From: an uncultured Planctomycetia bacterium
GTDB lineage: Bacteria; Omnitrophota; Gorgyraeia; Pluralincolimonadales; Pluralincolimonadaceae
NCBI GenBank assembly: GCA_964484255.1
Contig: CAZAEH010000003.1
Location: forward strand, 19,937-83,936
Direction of reading: 5' to 3'
Length of the DNA: 64,000 bases
In this document: one piece after another, positions 45,999 through 54,811 of the stretch
Layout: every line of letters begins with the position of its first letter
Position numbering within the stretch: position 1 is the first letter of the stretch
The notes under the pieces: generated by a model
Told to the model about the DNA's origin: nothing
Database searches by the model: none
The model's input: only the letters and a program-made list of their open reading frames with translations
Position numbers and translations under genes: made by a program

Positions 45999-47096
45999 AT
46001 GGATATAAAAACTATTTTCAGGTCTATGGTGGAATCAGGGGCTTCCGATATATTTTTCAAGGTCGGAAGCCCTGTTAATTTCCGGACAGACGGTTCGCTC
46101 ATACCGGCGAACCAGGAAAGGATCACGGAAAAAGACATATCCGGTATGATTGCCGAGATGCTGAACCCTGCGCAGAAGAAGGCTTTCGATGTAGAAAGAG
46201 AGATAGATTTCGGCATGAACATAGAAGGGCTTGGCAGGTTTCGCGGGAGCATTTTCCACCAGAACGGCGTACCCGGGGCGGTATTCAGGTATATAAAGGG
46301 AAAGATAGAGACCTTTGACGAATTGAACTTGCCTGCAAAAGTTCTGGGCAGACTTGCGCTTGAAAAACGCGGGCTCATATTGATAACCGGCGCCACCGGC
46401 AGCGGAAAATCGACAACAATAGCCAGCATCATAGAATATATCAACCAAAACCTTCCTTCACATGTAGTGACAATAGAAGACCCTATAGAATTTGTGTTCA
46501 ACGACAAAAAGTCTCTTATTGAGCAGAGGGAGATAGGCCTCGATACGCCTGATTATATTGAAGCTTTGAAGCATGTCATGTACCAAAGCCCGGATGTGAT
46601 ATTTATAGGAAACATCCGTGATATGGAGACGATGGCAGCGGCGATGAATGCGGCTGAGACCGGGCAGCTTGTCGTCAGTACGATACATTCCATAAATGCC
46701 ATCCAAACGGTCGAGAGGATAGTGAATTTTTATCCTCCCCACCAGCATGAAGAGATCAGGATGCAGCTTTCCCTTTTACTTAAAGGGATAATATCGCAGA
46801 GGCTGATCCCGGTCAAGGAAGGCAAGGGAAGGGTCCCGGCTTGCGAGATAATGCTGAACACACCGACTATATCCGCGCTTATAAGAGAAGGCAAGACCAA
46901 CGAGCTTATACAGTTCATCGAGGATGGCGCTATCTACGGTATGCAGGCCTTTGACCAGTACCTCGCGAAACTCTGTCTTGACGGGAGGATATCCGTGGAA
47001 GAGGCCAAGAGATTTTGTGATTCCATCCCGGTCCTCGAATTGGCCCTCAAAGGCATAAAACGCACAGAACGCGGGACTCCGTTCACCGAGCGCTGA
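45999..47096 (+). CDS. pilT: type IV pilus retraction ATPase PilT/PilU family
   Basis: 365 aa. Walker A ILITGATGSGKSTT, Asp box, His box and the PilT-type C-terminus. Confidence 0.8.
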   Translation: MDIKTIFRSMVESGASDIFFKVGSPVNFRTDGSLIPANQERITEKDISGMIAEMLNPAQKKAFDVEREIDFGMNIEGLGRFRGSIFHQNGVPGAVFRYIKGKIETFDELNLPAKVLGRLALEKRGLILITGATGSGKSTTIASIIEYINQNLPSHVVTIEDPIEFVFNDKKSLIEQREIGLDTPDYIEALKHVMYQSPDVIFIGNIRDMETMAAAMNAAETGQLVVSTIHSINAIQTVERIVNFYPPHQHEEIRMQLSLLLKGIISQRLIPVKEGKGRVPACEIMLNTPTISALIREGKTNELIQFIEDGAIYGMQAFDQYLAKLCLDGRISVEEAKRFCDSIPVLELALKGIKRTERGTPFTER

Positions 47097-47133
47097 AAAG
47101 CGCCGTTTTCCTTTAAAACCATACATACTTTCG

Positions 47134-47180
47134 GGGGCTGTCCTTAACGGGACAGCCCCATATTTTTTCCTATTTTTTTC
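47134..47180 (+). terminator. rho-independent terminator after pilT
   Basis: Stem GGGGCTGTCC (47134-47143), loop TTAACG, stem GGACAGCCCC (47150-47159), then the T-rich tract ATATTTTTTCCTATTTTTTT. Confidence 0.55.
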
Positions 47181-47209
47181 TTGACATAGGTGGGAGAGGA
47201 GTGTATACT
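47181..47209 (+). promoter_or_regulatory. consensus sigma70 promoter TTGACA-17-TATACT (dcw/mraZ promoter)
   Basis: -35 TTGACA at 47181-47186, 17-nt spacer, -10 TATACT at 47204-47209. Lies 177 nt upstream of mraZ. Confidence 0.55.
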
Positions 47210-47221
47210 TTGTAGCGTTAG

Positions 47222-47245
47222 GTGGAGTAAAGTGGTTTAAAGTGG
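47222..47245 (+). promoter_or_regulatory. putative MraZ operator: three direct GTGG repeats at 10-bp phasing
   Basis: GTGG at 47222-25, 47232-35 and 47242-45 (…gGTGGagtaaaGTGGtttaaaGTGGtg…), immediately downstream of the -10. It resembles the repeated GTGG[G/A/T] MraZ boxes described in E. coli, Bacillus and Mollicutes. Confidence 0.4.
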
Positions 47246-47385
47246 TGAATATGAGGTTGTGGGTTCCAAAATCGCCTTTGTCGGGGAGCCCTCGTAAGAG
47301 GGAAAGGCAAAGAGAAAAAGGTCCAGCCGGTCCTTATGAGTTTCGGAACCCACAACCTTTAATCTCTTGGACGGGGGGATGATAG

Positions 47386-47835
47386 ATGTTTTATGGCGAA
47401 TACGAACATACTATCGACAGAAAAGGAAGGATCATCATACCCTCCAAATTCCGTGAGGTATTTAAGGAGAATTTCGTAGAGAAGTTCTACGTAACACGCG
47501 GCCTCGATAAATGCCTTTTCGTGTTTACCGAAGAAGAGTGGAAACTCACCGAACAGAAATTCAAGGGTATGTCGTTTACCAAGGCGGATTCCAGGAAGTT
47601 CAACCGCCTTTTTTTCTCGGGTGCCGCGGACGTCAGCTGCGACAAGCAGGGAAGGGTCCTGTTGCCGCAGTATCTCAAGGATTATGCCGGGATAAAACGC
47701 GACGTCATGGTGATCGGCGTCTCGAACAGGATGGAGATATGGGCGAAGGAGGAATGGCGCAAGTATTACGATGATTCCGCGCCTTCATTCGAGAAAACGG
47801 CAGAGAACCTTTTGGATACCGAAGAGAAAGGCTGA
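47386..47835 (+). CDS. mraZ: transcriptional regulator MraZ
   Basis: MFYGEYEHTIDRKGRIIIPSKFREVF…; duplicated SpoVT/AbrB-like halves (second half DKQGRVLLPQYL). Confidence 0.9.
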   Translation: MFYGEYEHTIDRKGRIIIPSKFREVFKENFVEKFYVTRGLDKCLFVFTEEEWKLTEQKFKGMSFTKADSRKFNRLFFSGAADVSCDKQGRVLLPQYLKDYAGIKRDVMVIGVSNRMEIWAKEEWRKYYDDSAPSFEKTAENLLDTEEKG

Positions 47836-47838
47836 AGC

Positions 47839-48774
47839 ATCGACGGGGAGATATTACATAAGCCCGTTCTTTTAAAAGAAGTGCTTGAAGCGCTTGAGCC
47901 CGCGCCGGGAAAGACGATGGTAGATTGCACGGTAGGGCTTGGCGGCCATTCCTTGGCGATGATCGAAGCTGTTTCGCCCGGCGGAAGATTGATCGGCATG
48001 GACAAGGACGCAAAGGCGCTTGAGATAGCGGGGAAGAGATTAGGGAGGCCCGGGGAGAGGGTAGACCTGATCAAAGGCAACTTTGACGAACTTGGGTCGA
48101 TCTTTGAGAGGATGGGTATAGGGGGGGCGGACGGATTCCTCTTTGACTTGGGCGTGTCATCCATGCAGCTTGATGAAGCCGAACGCGGTTTCAGTTTTCG
48201 CAGCGACGCTCCGCTTGATATGCGCATGGATACCGGTTCGGCAAGGGATGCGGCCTCAATCATTAACAGCGCCAGTGAACCTGAACTGGACCGGATATTA
48301 TCCGAATACGGAGAGGAGCGCTTCCACAGGAGGATAGCGGCGTCTATTATCTCGGAGAGGAATAAGGCCCCGATAGAGACGACCGGCAGGCTTGTTGAGG
48401 CGGTTGTCCGTGCCGTTCCCTATAAAGCGAGGCACGGCAGGGTACATGTCGCGACAAGGACTTTCCAGGCCCTCAGGATAGCCGTTAACGATGAACTTTC
48501 CAGGCTGGACAAGGCATTGGACCAGGCGATAGGCCTCCTGAACCCGTCCGGGGTGATATGCGTTATCTCTTATCACTCTCTGGAAGACAGGATAGTGAAG
48601 AACAAGTTTAAGGAAGCCAGGGCCAAAGGGTCCCTGGAATTAAAGAATAAGAAACCGATTACGCCATCCGAAGCAGAGATAGGCGGCAATGCAAGGGCAC
48701 GCAGCGCGAAACTTCGCGCTGCAAAAAAGACCGTTCAAGGCAGGGGGATAGAGGGTAGAGATGAAAGTCTGTAA
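47839..48774 (+). CDS. rsmH: 16S rRNA (cytosine1402-N4)-methyltransferase RsmH/MraW (start codon uncertain)
   Basis: Conserved N-terminus HKPVLLKEVLEALEPAPGKTMVDCTVGLGGHS plus SAM-MTase body. The first canonical start (GTG 47881) lies inside this conserved N-terminal motif. Upstream in-frame codons back to the mraZ TGA include only ATC (47839) and ATA (47851). Confidence 0.75.
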   Translation: MDGEILHKPVLLKEVLEALEPAPGKTMVDCTVGLGGHSLAMIEAVSPGGRLIGMDKDAKALEIAGKRLGRPGERVDLIKGNFDELGSIFERMGIGGADGFLFDLGVSSMQLDEAERGFSFRSDAPLDMRMDTGSARDAASIINSASEPELDRILSEYGEERFHRRIAASIISERNKAPIETTGRLVEAVVRAVPYKARHGRVHVATRTFQALRIAVNDELSRLDKALDQAIGLLNPSGVICVISYHSLEDRIVKNKFKEARAKGSLELKNKKPITPSEAEIGGNARARSAKLRAAKKTVQGRGIEGRDESL

Positions 48775-49150
48775 GTTCCTGGTGATGACTGTGTTAATAA
48801 CTGTGGTCGCGCTGGTTTATGTGACCCAGCAGACCTCGTTGATACGCCTCAGTTATGATATCAAGGCGAAGGAACAGACTTATTCCCAGCTTCTTGACCG
48901 GAGTAAGATACTGTTATATAATGTAAGGCAGCTGGAGTCGCCGGCCCGCCTGGAAAAAACGCTCCTTGCTAATAATTTCAAGATGGAGGTACCCTCAAAA
49001 GAACGGCTCATACTTGTCGCTTCTTCCCAGGATATCGCGCAGGAGAACGGATTTGAAAACGGGGCCGTGGGGTTTTTCGGAAGGGTCCGCCAGACTGTCG
49101 CAAGTTTGTTCGCTCTGGGCCCCGAAGCCCAGGCTAAACCTTTAAAATAA
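48761..49150 (+). CDS. ftsL: cell division protein FtsL-like (septum formation initiator)
   Basis: 129 aa. Single N-terminal TM (FLVMTVLITVVALVYV) followed by coiled coil. Position between rsmH and ftsI is conserved. Confidence 0.55.
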   Translation: MKVCKFLVMTVLITVVALVYVTQQTSLIRLSYDIKAKEQTYSQLLDRSKILLYNVRQLESPARLEKTLLANNFKMEVPSKERLILVASSQDIAQENGFENGAVGFFGRVRQTVASLFALGPEAQAKPLK

Positions 49151-49206
49151 TCGTAATTATTTATATACCCTAATAGTTTTCCGCCGAAAACAAGGGTTGG
49201 CTATAC

Positions 49207-50934
49207 GTGTACACTAGAGCCCACAAGACACGCCTTAATCTCGTATTTTCTTTATTTATTGTTTTATTAAGCCTTCTGCTTATCCGCGTAATATATATTG
49301 AACTCGCCAAGGCAGACGATTATTCCCTCCTGGCAAAGAAACAGCATACCGCCGTTATAGCTCTACAACCGAAGCGCGGGACCATATACGACAGGAATTT
49401 CAGGCCGTTGGCGGTCTCAATTAATCTGGATTCCGTCTTTGCAAATCCCCGGGAAATGGCGGACAAAAGGACCGATGCCAAACTGCTGGCATCGGCAATG
49501 GGCCTGAACGAGCAATTCATATATGACAGGATACGCAGGGACAAGGGTTTTGTCTGGCTTAAAAGAAAAATTGATCCCAAGGAGTCCGAAAGAGTCGGGA
49601 ACCTCAGGATAAAAGGCGTAGGGTTCGAGAAGGAGCCCAAGAGAGTCTATCCTAATAACTCCCTGGCCAGCCAGGTGATAGGATATGCCGGCACTGACGA
49701 TAACGGCCTTGAGGGCCTTGAGCTTAAGTATGACGGATATCTAAAAGGCACCCCTGGATACAGGGTTACGATGAGGGATGCGCGAAGGCGCCCCATAGCG
49801 TCTTTTGAATGCGAATATTATCCCTCGAGGGACGGCCATGACCTTGTGCTTACAATCGACGATGTAATACAGCATATAGCGGAGAGGGAACTTGACTGGG
49901 CTGTCGAAAAATTCCATCCGATCGGCGCGTGCATAATCGTCATGGACCCGAGGAAAGGCGATATCCTGGCCATGTCGAGCAGGCCCACTTTCAACCTTAA
50001 TTCGTTCCAGAACGTGAATGCCGAAAAAAAGAGGAACCGGTCGGTGACCGATATGTATGAGCCCGGCTCCATATTCAAGATAGTGACGGCATCGGCAGCC
50101 CTTGAGGAGAAAGCTGTCGGGCTCGATGACCGTTTCTATTGCGAAAACGGCGCATGGAAACACGCCGGCGGAAAGATACTCCATGATCATAAACCCCACG
50201 GATGGCTTACGTTCAGGCAGGTAATAGAAAAATCCTCCAATATAGGGACCGTCAAGGTTGCCATGAAGGTCGGGCAGGATGACCTTTATGCGTATATAAA
50301 GAAGTTCGGTTTTGGAGACCTGACGAACATAGACCTGCCCGGAGAGGTCCCGGGCATTATCCGCCCGCCTTCTAGGTGGTCAGGGACATCTATCTACGCC
50401 ATACCTATGGGCCAGGAGATCAGCGTCACGCCGGTCCAGATGGCGTGTGCCATGTCGGTTATCGCAAACGGCGGCAAGTTGATGAAACCCAGGATAATAC
50501 AGTCGATACAGGACAAGCATAGCGAGACCATAAAGGAGTTCCCGGTTACCATCGTAAGACAGGTCCTGTCGGAAAAGACCGCGGCTACTATGCGCGATAT
50601 ACTAAGCGGTGTGGTCGAGGACGGGACGGGACAATTAGCCAGGGTGGAAGGCTACGAGGTAGGAGGCAAGACCGGGACATCGCAGAAGATAGAGAACGGG
50701 ACATATTCTCATTCCAAGTTCATAGCGTCTTTCGTGGGTTTTGCCCCGGTGAATAATCCCAAGGTCGTGGTCGTAGTGATGCTTGACCAACCGCATCCTT
50801 TATATTACGGTGGTGTCGTGGCTGCCCCGGTCTTCAGCCGGGTAGTCAGGGATACTTTGAGGTATATGGACATAAAACCAAATGCCGCAATACAGGTAAG
50901 GAGGGAAGTGGAACTTGATACGGTGGAGGATTAA
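49207..50934 (+). CDS. ftsI: peptidoglycan D,D-transpeptidase FtsI (class B PBP)
   Basis: GTG start. TM anchor, PBP dimerisation domain, transpeptidase motifs SIFK (SxxK), SSN (KSSNIG), KTGT. Confidence 0.85.
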   Translation: MYTRAHKTRLNLVFSLFIVLLSLLLIRVIYIELAKADDYSLLAKKQHTAVIALQPKRGTIYDRNFRPLAVSINLDSVFANPREMADKRTDAKLLASAMGLNEQFIYDRIRRDKGFVWLKRKIDPKESERVGNLRIKGVGFEKEPKRVYPNNSLASQVIGYAGTDDNGLEGLELKYDGYLKGTPGYRVTMRDARRRPIASFECEYYPSRDGHDLVLTIDDVIQHIAERELDWAVEKFHPIGACIIVMDPRKGDILAMSSRPTFNLNSFQNVNAEKKRNRSVTDMYEPGSIFKIVTASAALEEKAVGLDDRFYCENGAWKHAGGKILHDHKPHGWLTFRQVIEKSSNIGTVKVAMKVGQDDLYAYIKKFGFGDLTNIDLPGEVPGIIRPPSRWSGTSIYAIPMGQEISVTPVQMACAMSVIANGGKLMKPRIIQSIQDKHSETIKEFPVTIVRQVLSEKTAATMRDILSGVVEDGTGQLARVEGYEVGGKTGTSQKIENGTYSHSKFIASFVGFAPVNNPKVVVVVMLDQPHPLYYGGVVAAPVFSRVVRDTLRYMDIKPNAAIQVRREVELDTVED

Positions 50935-52392
50935 GTGAGGTTAAGGGACCTTATCGGCAGCCTTGATTACAGGGATTCATCGGTATTCCCTCTCGGGGAA
51001 GATATTGACATAAAAGGAGTGACCTGTGATTCACGGGCAGCCGGGAGTTCTTTTCTATTTGTCGCCGTAAGCGGTGCCTCATCGAACGGGCACAGGTATG
51101 TGAACGATGCGGTCGACAGGGGTGCAGTAGCCGTTGTCATGGAAGAGGACATTGTCGTTCCGGACCATGTGGCAAGGATATACGTCAGGAGCTCAAGGGA
51201 CGCGGCGCCCAGGATCGCCAATGAATTCTTCGGCCGCCCCGCGAGCAAACTAAAGAGTACAGGTATCACAGGCACCAACGGTAAGACGACGATATCTTAC
51301 CTTATGGACAGCATAATATCCTCGGCAGGGCATAAGGCCGGGATCATAGGTACTATATGCTACAGGATAGGCGGGAGGATGATCCCTGCGGCGAACACGA
51401 CGCCGGGTCCCGTGGAACTCTGCGGTTTCATGGCCGATATCATAAAAAGCGGGAGCGACTATCTTATCATGGAAGTGTCTTCCCATGCTTTGGACCAGAA
51501 CAGGGTCGGCGGCATATCTTTTGACTCGGCTATATTCACAAATTTGACGGGGGATCACCTTGATTACCATAAGACTATGGAGGAGTATTTCAAGGCGAAA
51601 TCACGCCTGTTCCTTAATTTACGGGATGATGCCTATGCCGTAATAAATATGGATGATGAATGGGGCAGGAAACTCCTTAAGATCTCGAAGGGGAGGGTTG
51701 TGACATATGGGACCGACCTGGTCGCCGATTTTCTTTCCACGGACATAAGACTTTCCATAGAGGGGACAAGGTTCACTGTCAATTACCCGAAAGGAAGATT
51801 GGAGATAAACTCGCGGCTCATCGGGATGCACAACGTATATAACATGACTGCCGCCGCGGCCTGCGGGATAAGCATGGGTTTCTCCGCCGAAGAGGTAAAA
51901 CTGGGCATCGAGAAGTTGTCGTCGGTCCCTGGAAGGCTTGAGCCCGTGGAATGCGGGCAGCCGTTCAAGGTATTTGTAGATTATGCCCATACCGATGACG
52001 CGCTGATCAACGTCCTTTCGGCGCTAAAACCGATGATCGGTAACAGGATAATAACCGTCTTCGGCTGCGGAGGGGACAGGGACAGGACCAAGCGCCCAAG
52101 GATGGGCAGGGCCGCTGCGCGGTTATCGGATTTCGTCTTCGTGACTTCCGATAACCCGAGAAGCGAAGACCCTGCGGATATAGCTGCGCAGATAGTGTCG
52201 GGTATCGGGACGCATAACTATAGAACGGTCTTAGACAGGACAGAAGCCATTAGCGAGGCTCTTTCAGAGGCCCGCCCGGGGGATTGCGTATTAATCGCCG
52301 GCAAGGGCCACGAGGCGTATCAGGTGCTTAAAAACACAACGGTGTCGTTCGATGACAGGGAAGTAGCGAGGAAGATACTTTGTTCAAGATAG
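50935..52392 (+). CDS. murE: UDP-N-acetylmuramoyl-L-alanyl-D-glutamate--2,6-diaminopimelate ligase
   Basis: GTG start. ITGTNGKTTISYLM P-loop. DNPR motif (TSDNPRSEDP), indicating meso-DAP specificity. Confidence 0.9.
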   Translation: MRLRDLIGSLDYRDSSVFPLGEDIDIKGVTCDSRAAGSSFLFVAVSGASSNGHRYVNDAVDRGAVAVVMEEDIVVPDHVARIYVRSSRDAAPRIANEFFGRPASKLKSTGITGTNGKTTISYLMDSIISSAGHKAGIIGTICYRIGGRMIPAANTTPGPVELCGFMADIIKSGSDYLIMEVSSHALDQNRVGGISFDSAIFTNLTGDHLDYHKTMEEYFKAKSRLFLNLRDDAYAVINMDDEWGRKLLKISKGRVVTYGTDLVADFLSTDIRLSIEGTRFTVNYPKGRLEINSRLIGMHNVYNMTAAAACGISMGFSAEEVKLGIEKLSSVPGRLEPVECGQPFKVFVDYAHTDDALINVLSALKPMIGNRIITVFGCGGDRDRTKRPRMGRAAARLSDFVFVTSDNPRSEDPADIAAQIVSGIGTHNYRTVLDRTEAISEALSEARPGDCVLIAGKGHEAYQVLKNTTVSFDDREVARKILCSR

Positions 52393-53747
52393 AAGAGGTC
52401 CTGGAAGCGACAGGGGGCACATTGGTGCGCGAAGGCGCCCGAGATAGTTTCACGGGTGTGTTGACGGATTCGAGAAAGCTTGCCCCCGGATGCCTTTTTG
52501 TGGCGATAAAAGGTGCTAATTTCGACGGTCACGATTTTGTTGAGGAAGCGGTAAAGCAGGGGGCCTCAGGAGTGGTTGTGGAACATCGGGTTTCCATATC
52601 CGGGTCCGCTTCTGTCGTGCAGGTGGATGATACCCTGAAGGCTTTAGGTAAACTGGCCGGTTACCACCGCCGCAGGTTCGATGTCCCGGTCATAGCCCTG
52701 ACCGGTTCTAACGGCAAGACAACGACAAAAGAGATGCTTTTTACCATACTTTCATACAGGTATAATGTCCTGAGGAACGAGGGGACCGAGAATAACTTCA
52801 TCGGGGTGCCGCAGACGCTGCTTAAAATGGAAAGGACCCACGATATAGCAGTGATAGAGTTAGGAACTAACCATTTCGGGGAGATCGCCTATCTTTCGGA
52901 CATGGTCCAGCCTAACTGCGGAATAATTGTGAACGCCGGCCCTTCTCACCTGGAATTTTTCGGGACCGTTGAAAACGTAAGGACAGAAAAACTCGACCTT
53001 TTGAAGAGGGTGGGCCAGGGAGGGTATGCCGTAGTCAATGGTGACGACTGCGGTCTTTCCGATGCGGCCATGAATATGTGCGCGGATACCGTCACATTCG
53101 GTTTGAACGCGGGTTGTAGTTATACCGCCGGAAGGATAAAGGAGGACGGTTGCGGCATGGACTTTACGGTAAATGATGCCCATATCGTGAAGCTGGGGAT
53201 AATAGGAAGGCACAATATATATAATGCACTTGCCGCCATAGCGGCAGCTTCGCTTTACGGTGTTGAAGTGCCGGAAGCGGCAAAAGCTTTAGAGAGTTTC
53301 CGGCTTCCGAAGCTCAGGATGGAATTGGCGTCGTCGGATGGGGTGGATTTTGTCTTTGATTGTTACAATTCCAACCCGCTGTCGATGAAGGCGGCCATAG
53401 AGACGCTGAGAGACCTGGGTCCCGATAAGAGGAAAGTTCTTGTTGCTGGCGACATGCTTGAGCTTGGGGATTGCGCTCCTGAATCCCACAGGGAGATCGG
53501 CCGCCTGGCCGCAAGGGCGAATGTGGAAGTGCTGGTAAGTGTGGGCTCGTTCTCCGGGTATATCCTGGAGGGCGCTCGGGAGGAGGGGATCGGCGGAGAA
53601 ACCCTCCTCCGTTTTGATAGTCCGGTAGAGGCCGCAAAGGCCTTGAAAAAAATATTGAGGCGGGGGGACCTGGTCCTGGTAAAAGGTTCGCGCGGCATGA
53701 AGATGGAGGAGATCAAAAAGTGTTTTATCAACTGCTCTACCCGTTAA
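52380..53747 (+). CDS. murF: UDP-N-acetylmuramoyl-tripeptide--D-alanyl-D-alanine ligase
   Basis: Mur ligase fold, P-loop LTGSNGKTTTKEM. 455 aa. Confidence 0.85.
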   Translation: MFKIEEVLEATGGTLVREGARDSFTGVLTDSRKLAPGCLFVAIKGANFDGHDFVEEAVKQGASGVVVEHRVSISGSASVVQVDDTLKALGKLAGYHRRRFDVPVIALTGSNGKTTTKEMLFTILSYRYNVLRNEGTENNFIGVPQTLLKMERTHDIAVIELGTNHFGEIAYLSDMVQPNCGIIVNAGPSHLEFFGTVENVRTEKLDLLKRVGQGGYAVVNGDDCGLSDAAMNMCADTVTFGLNAGCSYTAGRIKEDGCGMDFTVNDAHIVKLGIIGRHNIYNALAAIAAASLYGVEVPEAAKALESFRLPKLRMELASSDGVDFVFDCYNSNPLSMKAAIETLRDLGPDKRKVLVAGDMLELGDCAPESHREIGRLAARANVEVLVSVGSFSGYILEGAREEGIGGETLLRFDSPVEAAKALKKILRRGDLVLVKGSRGMKMEEIKKCFINCSTR

Positions 53748-54811
53748 AGGACATTTTCTTCGGTTTCAATGTTTTCAAGTACATAACGTTCCGCGCAGCC
53801 GGCGCGGCGATCACTTCCTTTCTCTTGTGTATGATACTCGGCCCGTTCATAATAGAGAGGCTTCGCGCGCTAAAAGTAGGCCAGGTGGTCAGGACGGAAG
53901 GTGATGCCAAGGGCATATATGAGATGCATAAGGACAAGGCCGGCACCCCGACCATGGGCGGCCTGCTCATAGTAACGGCGATAGTCATCTCAACGCTGTT
54001 ATGGGGCGACATGACCAATAAATATGTGTTACTCGCCCTGGTATCGATAATCTGGCTTTGTGTCGTAGGCTTCCTTGACGATTATCTGAAGATGAAGCTT
54101 AAGAAATCAAAAGGCCTTACCGCGCGCTCTAAGTTCATAGGCCAGATTATGCTCGGGCTTATGTTGGGACTTTACGTATATTTTGATCCGCAGATCGGAA
54201 AACAGCTGGACACACCTTTCCTGAAAAACCTGGTCATGAACCTGGGGATATTCTATGTTCTCTTTACGATGACCGTCATAGTAGGTTCATCGAATGCCGT
54301 CAACCTTACCGACGGCCTGGATGGCCTCGCTATAGGATGCACGATAATCGTGGTGCTGACATATACCGCGTTGAGCTATATCACGGGCAACGCCAAGATA
54401 AGCGAATACCTGAACATAATATATATACCGGGGACGGGTGAACTTGCCGTATTTTGCGCCGCCATGCTGGGCGCCGGCCTCGGCTTCCTGTGGTTTAACT
54501 GTTTCCCGGCGAATGTTTTCATGGGCGATACCGGTTCACTCGCGTTGGGAGGGGCTATAGGGGTGGTGGCCACTTTTATCAAAAAGGAGCTGCTCCTGCT
54601 TATAGTAGGAGGGATATTTGTGATGGAAGCCCTCTCGGTGATAATACAGGTCACATCGTTCAGGTTCTTCAGGAAGAGGGTATTTCTTATGGCGCCCATA
54701 CACCATCATTTCCAGATGAAGGGCTGGTCTGAGTCAAAGGTGGTTATAAGGTTTTGGATAATAGGGATAATACTGGCTTTGGTCAGCTTATCAACGCTTA
54801 AATTGAGATGA
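53720..54811 (+). CDS. mraY: phospho-N-acetylmuramoyl-pentapeptide transferase
   Basis: GTG start. 10-TM protein with NAVNLTDGLDGLA and FMGDTGSLALGG motifs. Confidence 0.9.
   Translation: MFYQLLYPLKDIFFGFNVFKYITFRAAGAAITSFLLCMILGPFIIERLRALKVGQVVRTEGDAKGIYEMHKDKAGTPTMGGLLIVTAIVISTLLWGDMTNKYVLLALVSIIWLCVVGFLDDYLKMKLKKSKGLTARSKFIGQIMLGLMLGLYVYFDPQIGKQLDTPFLKNLVMNLGIFYVLFTMTVIVGSSNAVNLTDGLDGLAIGCTIIVVLTYTALSYITGNAKISEYLNIIYIPGTGELAVFCAAMLGAGLGFLWFNCFPANVFMGDTGSLALGGAIGVVATFIKKELLLLIVGGIFVMEALSVIIQVTSFRFFRKRVFLMAPIHHHFQMKGWSESKVVIRFWIIGIILALVSLSTLKLR

Noticed and set aside
47511-47774. 87-aa + strand ORF in an alternative frame inside mraZ
   Set aside because: It overlaps the well-supported mraZ frame. 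Its Arg/Gly-rich composition is typical of an off-frame translation.
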